Shown here: in pieces, positions 11,201-21,312 of the stretch
How the letters are laid out: each line of letters starts with the position of its first letter
Position numbering within the stretch: the stretch's first letter is position 1
DNA from: Antedon mediterranea
Lineage: Eukaryota; Animalia; Echinodermata
Length of the DNA: 64,000 bases
Assembly: GCF_964355755.1 (NCBI RefSeq)
Contig: NC_092673.1
Coordinates: 7,502,001-7,566,000, forward strand
Direction: 5' to 3'
Made by a program: the position numbers and the translations under genes
Notes under the pieces: model-generated
What the model saw: the letters and a program-made list of their open reading frames with translations, nothing else
Database searches by the model: none
What the model was told of the DNA's origin: nothing

Positions 11201-14200
11201 GAGTTTGTAGTCAGTTCAGATTCCGTAATTTAATTACCGGTATTTTTTCATTTTATATTAGCATATTTTTGTTTGTATACCATTGATAATGTAAATTTTG
11301 TATATATATAATGATATTGTCTTTAGTTAAACAAGACAAGAAAAAATACCAACCGAGGAAAAAGTGGACCTTTTGGGACTTGGGGGGGGTGCGTCTGCAC
11401 CCAACGCACCCCCCTTGGATACGGGCCTGTTAATGAAAGTTTAAATCACATATATCCAGTTGGATATATCGTCTATATCGTATTTAGGGTTTAAACAACA
11501 GCAATAAACTGACATAGCAATTAGACAGAAATACAGCCTTTGTTGCCGTACAATTAAGCTAGGTTTTATATTTAAAATAGACCCTGATATAGGAGTTTTC
11601 TTTCATTTAATGCATTATAAACATTGCTTTTCAGAAATATTTTGTATGGAAATTTGTATAGCGTCATTCCAACAATTTAGCGCTGTGGCTGTTACACTTG
11701 TTATTTTTAAATTTCACATAACATCGGATGACTTTTTTTTATTTTTATAATTTATCGTGCTTATAAACTAAGTCTCATTTGAGGCTTAGGGAGTGAAGTT
11801 GAAGGAGTCGTGAGTTACAAATATGGCACTAGGTCAGGATTTAACCAAGGACCATGAGATTGGAAGGCAAGCATGTTATCATCCAAGCTACAGCTACACT
11901 ATTTGCTCCCTAAGTGCTGCCACGACAGTAGAGTATATGTGAACCGGTGAATGTTTAAATTATTTTGAAAGGCTTGAACTTTTCTTCTCTGTTCTGACTA
12001 TAAAGGCGCCATGAACATCGTTTGATGTCCCACAAGATAATGTAGCTGTATATTTTGTAAAGAGAAGTTGGTATGGATAGAACATAAAATAGAAGGTAAA
12101 GATAGTCTACATAGAAAACTTCAAGATCCTTTATTAGCAAATTTACCAGCTGGTCTACGTTAGCACACTTTGGAGCACTTTCCTTGCAGACTCGTTTGTA
12201 AATTAAAGTTTTCAGGATAGACTAGGCTTTTATCAAAGCTACCTTTGGTGTGTATAGAAACAATTTCCAATTACTATAGGCTAATTAATATTATTGTTAT
12301 GCTTAACGGTGAATTATTATCGTTAAATGCTATCTAAACAACATGGATTTCACAGAACTAGGAGTCCTTAAAAGCGAAAAAAAATTGTAAATCACAACAT
12401 TTTATGCAGAGGGTGTAAATATATATAACAATATATAAATGTATTATAGAATTTTCGGTTATTAAATGTCGTACTTATCAATCCATGCAAATGTTCCGTC
12501 ATTTAGCATTTTCTCAAGGATAAGGAATTCAGCGCCCTCGACGTCTAATTTTAAAATAACGTAGTCTTCCTTTCTCGTATTTTCCTGAATCCATTTTGAC
12601 AAGTCTACAACTGGTATTTGCTTACGATAAGACAAATGTCTTGGTCCTCCAGTTTTGTCATCTTCTAGTTCATTTTTATCAACATAGAGAGATCCCCCTC
12701 CCCATTGAACGTCTCTTCCGTTGTTTTTGTCTTTATCTGGAGACCATGCCGACTCCATAAATGCGGTCATATTTCCTAGAGATAAGTTTAAACTTTCAAT
12801 CGGTTTACAGATTTAAAAATAAATGAAAGACAATGGATTTAGTATACATGGAAATATAACGTACTTAAGACCAATTTACACAAACCAGCGGTAACGGTAC
12901 ATAGGCGGGAAACTAGCGTGTATCTTCCCGCGTTAGAATGTGTATCTATATCCTGAGCGTTCCGCTTAACCTCTGGTCCGCTCCGCGTTTTGTTGTGGAC
13001 ATGGTCATAAAATGTTCAAATTTTTCCCGCTTACCATTTACCGCTTACCGTTACCGCTCGTCTGTTTAAATTGGCCTTTAAAGAGTACATCCAAGAATGA
13101 TTATTTATAGTCATTGTGTAATTACCATATTCTGAAGCTACTCCAACAGGACAATGCAGATAGTGTTTTTCGTATGGACTGAAATATGGTGCAAGGCGTT
13201 CATCGATTTCAAATGAATGTATTATAAACTGTTTTCCATCAGGATATGTCTCCCTAAATAACTCCACCGTGGATGCCATGTTTCCTCCGCAGTCCAGCAA
13301 GATTTTCCTGGGCCCAATATCGCTTGATTTTGAATAATCTTTATCGGGAACAGCACCCCTTTAAAAATAAATACAATATTTATCAATGTTCCCAGACGTT
13401 CTTAGCATAGAAATAACTGTCCAGTCAATACAGAGCAGCAACTATTTTCATTCAGTTATACTAATGTATTTAATTTTTATATTTCACTTCTTCTATAGTT
13501 TACCTCCCTCCCCCCCCCCCCCCTTATTAACAATACTTAAGGTTTATGAGTTGAATGGGAACAAAACCAGTTAAATCCTTATTCTCTCTCCAATCAACGA
13601 AAAACTTAAAACACAACCCCATCTGCTTCTATCTTGAATAAGTTCCTCAATCACTATTCAGAATTGTGTGGAATAGCACTATTATTGAATGGCAAATATT
13701 TTCTAATGCATTGTCCTTTGTCTTGGAGTTTTATTTAGTAGGCCTAACAGTGATAATGTATTAATAATCATTAAATATAAAATCTAACACAATAATTATT
13801 CTGGATATTTTATGATTACTTTGTTTTTTTTACTCTACTCTACTCTATAGCTCACTATGTCGGTCGGTCGGTCGGTCGGTCGGTAAACACTAACTTGTAT
13901 ATGGTCTTGTCTTGATATCAGTTTCATCTAGCTAAGTCAATTTTTTACAATGTATTCCTTATGGCCAGGAATCGATGTGGTTATGTTTTTACAGTGGTCT
14001 ACGCACGATTTAACGAAATCACGTTTGTAATAATTATCTTCGCAAGCATGAATCACAATTAAATAAAATTTGGTACTCATAAATTTCAGGTCATATTTCA
14101 TCATATGGCAATACAATTACGTGCATAGCGCATATAACGCATGCGTACGCGCGCTTAAAATTTTCAAAATTATTTTCGATGAAATTAGAGTACGTTTCAG

Positions 14201-15322
14201 GCAATTTTAAGCGTTTAAAAAATTGCCAATTAATTAATTAATAATTAATGAGTGCGCAGTTTTTTACACGCGCACTGCACTCTTTTTGCTCGATTTCTGT
14301 TTTACAACCTTTCTTTAATAACATCATCAAGAATCTCCATGTAGTGCTTTCTTTTTCAGTCCTTGGTTTTCTCCTCTTGCCACCTCTTCTGATAATCTAT
14401 AAGATTTTCTTTTTCATCTACCACCTTCTCCTTTTTAAAGCAAATTGCAGCATCCACTGTAGTATTTTTACTCTACAGCTCACTATGTCGATCGGTTGGT
14501 GGGATGGTTGGTCGATCGGTTTGTCCGTCGGTTTGTCGGTCGGTAAACACTAACTCAAATTTGAGCACGCGACTGCAGCCATGTTTATGGCCTTGTTCCA
14601 AATCAATTAGGAGGCATAGCAAGAATAGTTAATTATAAAAAGGTTTCGATCAATACATTTTTTGAATTTGATCCACACTCTCGTACCCGAGTCACCCATA
14701 TAAACTCAAGTTTAAAAGCTCTCTTAATATAAGGAGGGACACGTTCTCCATGAGAGTTATTCTGATGGAATGCTCTGTCTACGGATAGTTTCATGTGCTA
14801 CTGTAAACTCGTTCAAAGCAAAACTTAACGTCGCATGGTCCAACCACCCGCTGAAGTTTTCACCTTATATTGAATATGACTTTATCGTCAAGAGGGCCGG
14901 GCTATTAAGCACTGAGTGCTTCACCTCGATCCCGTAGACGAAACTGTACGGGAAACAAGTAAATTGCTGGGTAGAAGCAAACATATTTAGATTGCGTTTG
15001 AAACGATACAGGACTATGTTGTATTTTTTTGTCCTGTGTGGGTTCGTGTTACCTTTATTATACTCTATTATAAATATTATATTTACAAGAATATGGCTTT
15101 AGTCCAGTTTCACCCGGTATATATGCCTCTCCTTAAAATAACGTCTAACATATTTTAGTTATTGCAAAATAAAAAATACTTTACCCATTCCACCATCCAA
15201 AAGATGACATGTCTCTGTCTTTTTTCTTGTAAAACTACATTATTTGTAAAATCACGATGAAAAAGAGATGCTAAAGCAATTCCAACAGTAAAGGATAACA
15301 TACATTTACTTATAGTTTTCAT
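8241..15322 (-). CDS. Spliced gene: N-terminal hydrophobic anchor + FkbM-family (Methyltransf_21) SAM-dependent methyltransferase + degenerate NodB/CE4 polysaccharide deacetylase-like domain (~500 aa)
   Basis: Exons on minus: 15322-15185, 13358-13126, 12775-12475, 9640-9484, 9270-8823, 8461-8241 (TAA). FkbM motifs KILLDCGGN, IHSFEID, VILKLDVEGAEFLIL, YYGEYH. NodB-like motifs LAITVNVG, VTVFVFSEFAEEWPELVK, KPMFYSP, GGILCLDTD, YLVENSDYHLVSLNQCL. Phases of exons 2-6 join correctly, using one GC donor. The exon 1/2 junction is out of phase by 1 nt. Confidence 0.8.
9685..11429. mobile_element. Non-autonomous hAT-like element with 5-bp TSD, in intron 3 of the methyltransferase gene
   Basis: TIR CAGGCCCGTAT / ATACGGGCCTG, G-run subtermini, flanked by TTAAT on both sides; a second hAT-like left end (caggggtggcgccagg) near 9916. 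Confidence 0.7.
13843..14597 (-). mobile_element. Helentron/DINE-like interspersed repeat (family X), minus orientation
   Basis: Shares the core gcgcgcgtacgcatgcgtta...tgaaatttatgagtaccaaa, the (CCGA)n microsatellite and the aacaaggcc 5' end with copies at 47853, 61253 and ~34880; a partial copy lies at 412-510. Confidence 0.7.
14660..14960 (+). mobile_element. CR1 LINE 3'-end fragment
   Basis: Remnant HPYKL...RRDTFSMRVI..WNAL...TVNSFKAKLNVAWSNHP, typical of the CR1 ORF2 C-terminus. Confidence 0.6.
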
Positions 15323-15994
15323 TGAACGAATTCCGCTTATTGTCATCGTCGACCAGTTTAATTGAAATAATACTGTACAAACTGTTGAAACAACCTTCAA
15401 TATTACTATTAGCCTAATGCTGCTAACACAATTAATTATGTATATTTAATGGGGGCAGTAAGTTAATAGATATATATGTGAACCAACGAGGCCATGACAG
15501 CTTTCAGCATCATACACAGTTTAGGATAAAAAGCTCTTATAATCTGGTTCAAATGTCCACCTAAATTTATTTTTTTTAGTAGTAAAACAAACAATTTAGA
15601 ACGACGTTTTTGAAAAAAAGAACCTCCACAATATTATCACCATTTATCATCACGCTATTCGTCTTTAAAAATATAAATGGCTTTGAAATATAGACCTAAA
15701 AAGAACTTTGTCCCACGACACAAAAAACATTGCGTAATAAAAAAAATGATCACATTCATAGGCCTAAATAAACTTTATTCAATAATCAATTTCATAATTA
15801 ATGATTTACATTATTTGTTGATTGAAGAGGAAGCAGGTTTCAATTTTTATGCCTTAAAAATACAGTAATTAATATGAAAACTTAATATGAGACCTAGCTG
15901 TTGAATACCGTTGAAGAGGATTTTATTAACCCCTTTTACAAGTAAATAATTTATCACTCATGGAAGAGGCATGTTTAAATTCGTTGTTTATAAT

Positions 15995-18900
15995 AAGTCA
16001 GGCAGCATTTGTCACTATATTAACTTTACTTCATATATTTAGCCAAGTTTGATTTTTCACTTTTAAGTGATCAAGGACATCACAAGACACAACTTCCAAC
16101 TTGTTGTCCAAATTCTAAACGCGTTTTTCATTCGCTGGGGGCGCTTTTTCAAAATGGCCGCCTATGCTATCAAGTACTTATATCTCGGCAACCACTAATC
16201 GTAGAGACTTGGTTTTAGTCTTAAAATGTTCGTAAGGTACATAATTCTATTCACTATAATGGAACATTTTGCCCTAAAATGACCGTAAATACTATTTCTG
16301 ACCATTTGACCTTTAACCTAATCTTATCATATCTCAATAACTATTGGTCAGAAAGAGTTGATATTTATCCCAAATTGTTCAGAAAATACATGTTTCTATT
16401 TGCTTTAATGCAAAGGTTTGTTTAAAGATGGCTGGAAAAACCATATCTAACCTTTGACCATAACCTGTGTGATATCCACAACATGTTGGTTATAGATAAC
16501 ATTTTTCGACAGATTGCTCAGAACATCCATATTTGTAACACATTATTGATTTTTGAATTATTGATGCTTTAAAACATTCACTTAAGCTTGGAAATTAAAG
16601 TTTTAAAATAAATAAAAGCCACTCATTATCTCCATACATAATCCTAGCCTGTGATTGGCTGAAAGTTCAAGCAGATTAGATTTCATGAGTTTAAATGGTA
16701 AGTGTTTTTTAAACCGATTTAAACAGTGTTTGCTGGGAAATCATACTTATTATTAGTACATATACATTTACTTGTATAATAATGTACCTATGCTGATATA
16801 AATATTGTACAGAGGCCTTAGTTAAATAGTTATAAACTATAGTTCCAGCCTAGGCCTTGTCGCTAACACCTAGCAAACAATGCTAGCCTGGTGAGATCCC
16901 CGTGGAACTCAGTGACAAGCCAACTCAGTGCCTGGCATGGTAACCTCCGATGATGTCAGTCAAACGATTGAAAAGCAAGACCAATTAGGAAAAGAAGCAT
17001 TGGATAAATTTGTGACTTCACGAATGGTTGAAAAAACCGTAACATTTTTGGACCCTCAAAAGAAAAACAACTTCTCTTATTTCAAGCATGTAGGAGCAGT
17101 GGTGAAAACCAAAATTAATGGTCAACTAGTTTCAATTAAGCAAGAGAGAAAGCTGGTGTCTAGATTGTTAGTTGTGGCGAAGAGCAGGCCAGAGTTCGCT
17201 CTAAAGGATGTCTTAGGCAACTATGAGTTCAATAGCACTCCACCATCAAATTTCCATCCAGATGGAAGAATGATAATGCTTTCTGGAAAATCCAAGGTAT
17301 TGCAGTCAATAACAGAACTCCCTCTACCAGATAATGTCAGCAGGCCTGTACAGAAAGATGATAAAAAGCAGCATCAATCCCAATTATTGATGGCATGTGT
17401 GTCATCAATATGGTAAAAAAGGTGTCTGATAAGTTCAATGCTTCTGACTTTGCATCTGAATTTGTTAACCTGATTGTTGGTATGAGCAAACCATATGATG
17501 AAGTTCGTCTTTTATTTGATCAATATCTATCAGGATCTTTAAAAGAATCTACACGAGAAAGAGAACACAGAAAACAACTACCATTCACTACCATGTCAAT
17601 GACAACACTGAGATTAAGAACATTAAGACATTTTTATCGCACAAAGAGACCAAAGCTGAACTTACAAAATATCTGTCAGAGAAGATACCTAATCACTTCA
17701 AGAACAACACGAAGAAGGTCCTAGTAACACATCACACGTCCATGATGGCAAACTGCAATCTCTCAGAAGTTATCATGATGCCAGAGATGAAACACGGACA
17801 ACACACATTGGAAGAAGGGGACCAACTGGTCTTATTGTATGCCTTTGATTGTACGTTTGTATGAACAAAGACCCAAGTGCCAATGTTGACATATTTTCTG
17901 TAGATACTGATGTCTTATATCCTTTTAACAGGAAGCTATCCTCTACTTCCTCCAATGACCACATTTGTAGGAAAAGAGGGAAAAAAATACCTATATGGGA
18001 ATGCTATTACCGACTTGGAAAACAAATATCAGCAGCACTGATTGGATGGTATGCATTTAAAGGTACAGATAACACAGGTACATTTGCTGGAAAAGGAGTG
18101 TCCGCCCATTTCAAAGCACTTTTGAAATGTGACGATGAAATACTAGATGCATTTGCTGTATATGGACTGACCTCTGAAATACCAAATTGGATTTTCAGGC
18201 AAATGGAAAGATATGTTTGCATATTATACAGTACTTCTAAGATCAAGGCAGATTATGTCACAGACTTGAGATGGATGTTATTTGCACAGAAAGGCAAGGA
18301 AGGACAACAATTACCCACAACCATGGAAACTCTTAGATCACACGTGGAAAGAGCATACTACATGTCTATTGTATGTAATTCATCATGCAAGCCAACTCCA
18401 TCTATTCCACCAGCAACTGACTATTCCTGGTAACTAGAAGATGGTCACTTGAAGCCGGTATTTTTCAACAATCCACCAGCACCAGAAGCTCTTCTAGAAA
18501 TTCGTCGATGTACCTGCAATGGTTCATGTTCAACAAATCACTGTAGTTGTAAGAAAAACAACTTGCTCTGTACTGATGCATATGAGTGTGGTGATGAATG
18601 TGAGAATACAAAGGACTGGAATGTAGAGCTAGTAGACGATATCGATGAACTTTATTGACTGGAGAGGGTAATCTGACTATATTCAATATTTATGGTATGT
18701 ATTTATTTATTATAACAGTTCCATTGGTGATTTGAAATATTGATTTTGGAACAAGGGATATCATCAACAAAACCACAAGTACCGGTACAAGTTATAAACA
18801 ATACTAGACAAATCTATAGTCTCTCAGTTGTGGATATTACATGCATTAGGGCAAGAGGTCAGATATGGCATTTCTGTTTGCTTTAAAACAAAACATTTAA

Positions 18901-19304
18901 TTACAGTAAATATAAAAAGGCATACTGCGAACAATTTGAAACAAATGTCAAGTCTGTGTGACCATTAGTTACCGAGATATGATGATAGATGGTCAAAGGT
19001 CAAACGGTCAGAAATGGCATTTTCAGTCATTTATGCTCAAAATATTCCATTAGAGTAAATATAAATATGTACCTTACAAACATTTTAAGATTAAAACCAA
19101 GTCTCTACGATTAGTGGTTGCCGAGATATAAGTACTTGATAGCATAAGCGGCCATTTTGAAAAAGCGCCCCCAGCGAATGAAAAACGCGTTTAGAATTTG
19201 GACAACAAGTTGGAAGTTGTTCGTTGTGATGTCCTTGATCACTTAAAAGTGAAAAATCAAACTTGGCTAAATATATGAAGTAAAATACAAATGCTGCCTG
19301 ACTT
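15995..19304 (+). mobile_element. Academ (AcademX-type) DNA transposon, internally deleted, long TIRs
   Basis: TIRs AAGTCAGGCAGCATTTGT / ACAAATGCTGCCTGACTT extend to several hundred bp with a near-perfect outer part; the interior encodes a broken transposase C-terminal half. Confidence 0.85.
16928..18658 (+). pseudogene. Frameshifted Academ transposase C-terminal region (XPG/FEN1-like nuclease domain + Cys-rich CXC domain)
   Basis: Successive ORF pieces: RLLVVAKSRP..LKDVLGNYEF..PPS, LFDQYL.GSLKESTR, SVDTDV, ALIGWYAFKGTDNTGTFAGKG, LRWMLF...LPTT...HVERAYY, PPAPEALLEIRRCTCNGSCSTNHCSCKKNNLLCTD; interrupted by frameshifts and stops. Confidence 0.85.
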
Positions 19305-19452
19305 TAACCCATTAAAGTTGTTATCTAAGTAATGATTTGATTTTTAAATATGAAGATGAGTGTAAAAAATGAAATTGTGCTTATTTTTTTTTTAGAGAGG
19401 GCGTGCTCACATCCGTCATTTCTGCGTCACGTCATTTGAGGTATATTCAGCA

Positions 19453-21183
19453 GAGCGTCATTTCGACGATCGAGCATTCTCTCTACTTCTACGGAGCGCC
19501 ATTTATGCCTTTATTTACTTACGAAATAGAAATAGAAATAGTACTACGGTAGCTGCTCCAGTGGACAAAATGTAGCACTAGTGGAGCGCAGTGATATAAA
19601 ATAGAAATAAGTCACTAATGTTAATATCTTTTCGTATGTTAATACACTGTGCTCAAGTGGACCCAATTTGGAGCCAGGGGAGCACAGTGATATAAAATAG
19701 AAATAAGTCACTGAATTTTAATATCTTTTCGTATGTTAATACACTATGCTCAAGTGGACCCAATTTGGCGCCAGGAGAGCACAGTGATATAAAATAGAAA
19801 TAAGTCACTGAATGTTAATATATTTTCGTATGTTAATACACTGTGTGCTCTGAAAGTGGACCTAATTTGGCGCCAGTGGAGCACAGTGATATGAAATAGA
19901 AATAAGTCATTGAATTTTAATATCTTTTCGTATGTTAATACACTGTGCTCAAGTGAACCCAATTTGGAGCCAGGGGAGCACAGTGATATAAAATAGAAAT
20001 AAGTCACTGAATTTTAATATCTGTTCGTATGTTATTACACTGTGCTCAAGTGGACCGAATTTGGAGCCAGGGGAGCACAGTGATATAAAATAGAAATAAG
20101 TCACTGAATGTTAATATCTTTTCGTATGTTAATACACTGTGTTCAAGAAGTGGACCCAATTTGGAGCCAGTGGAGCACACTGATAAAAAATAGAAATAAG
20201 TCACTGAATTTTAATATCTTTTCGTATGTTAATACACTGTGCTCAAGAAGTGGACCCAATTTGGAGCCAGTGGAGCACACTGATAATAAATAGAAATAAG
20301 TCACTGAATTTTAATATATTTTCGTATGTTAATACACTGTGCTCAACTGGACCCAATTTGGAGCTAGGGGAGCACAGTGATATAAAATAGAAATAAGTCA
20401 CTGAATTTTAATATCTTTTCGTATGTTAATACACTGTGCTCAAGTGGACCTAATTTGGCGCCAGTGGAGCACAGGGATATAAAATAGAAATAAGTCACTG
20501 AATTTTAATATATTTTCGTATGTTAATACACTGTGCTCACCACATGGACCCAATTTGGCGCGTGCGCCAGTGAGCACACAGTGCAGTGATATAAAATAGA
20601 AAAAAGTCAAAGTTAAGATATTAAAATTCAGTGACTTATTTCTATTTTATATCACTCTTCCTGTGCTCCCCTGGCTCCAAATTGGGTCCACTTGAGCACA
20701 GTGTATTAACATACGAAAAGATATTAAAAATCATTGACTTATTTCTATTTTATATCACTGCTCTCCTGGCTCCAAATTGGGTCCACTTGAGCACAGTGTA
20801 TTAACATACGAAAAGATATTAAAATTCAGTGATTTATTTCTATTTTATATCATTGTGCTCCCCTGGCTCCAAATTAGGTCCATTTGAGCACAGTGTTATT
20901 AACATACGAAAAGATATTAACATTCAGTGACTTATTTCTATTTTATATCACTGTGCTCCTCACTGGCGCCAAATTGTGTCCACTTGAGCACAGTGTATTT
21001 ACATACGAAAAGATATTAAAATTAGTGACTTATTTCTATTTTATATCACTGTGCTCCACCGGTGTTAAATTTGGTCCACTGGAGCAGTTACCGTAGTACT
21101 ATTTCTAATTTAGAAGTAAATAAAGGCATAAATGGCGCTCCGTAGAAGTAGAGAATGCTCGATCGTCGAAATTAATGACGCTC
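19453..21183. mobile_element. Foldback-type palindromic element: ~110-bp unique TIRs plus inverted arrays of a ~97-bp unit
   Basis: Left gagcgtcatttcgacgatcgagcattctc...gtactacggtagctgctccagtggac is the reverse complement of the right end; about 11 units forward, a switch near 20610, then about 5 units reverse. Confidence 0.85.
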
Positions 21184-21206
21184 GTCATATTTGCTGCAGC
21201 AGCAGC

Positions 21207-21216
21207 GCGCATGCGC
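21207..21216. promoter_or_regulatory. NRF1-type palindrome GCGCATGCGC upstream of CDK9-A
   Basis: gcgcatgcgc about 100 bp before the CDK9-A ATG, in a CpG-containing patch; this motif is typical of housekeeping promoters. Confidence 0.45.
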
Positions 21217-21312
21217 TGCGTGAGTTGTCAAGTTTATTTTTAGAGAGTGTGAACATCGTGAAAAAATACGAATCAAATTTCTTCTATTTTAGTGGCGATT
21301 CAATTATTATTT

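Noticed and set aside
8241-13358. Bacterial contamination or very recent horizontal transfer of the FkbM/NodB gene
   Set aside because: The gene has several spliceosomal introns filled with host repeats and host-like composition; an ancient transfer cannot be excluded without a phylogeny.
19680-20600. RAG recombination signal sequences (CACAGTG heptamers)
   Set aside because: No ACAAAAACC-like nonamer at 12 or 23 bp and no RAG/Transib ORF or antigen-receptor segments in the window.
19550-21100. CRISPR-like array of hairpin repeats
   Set aside because: The sequences between hairpins are near-identical rather than unique spacers, the context is eukaryotic, and no cas genes are present.
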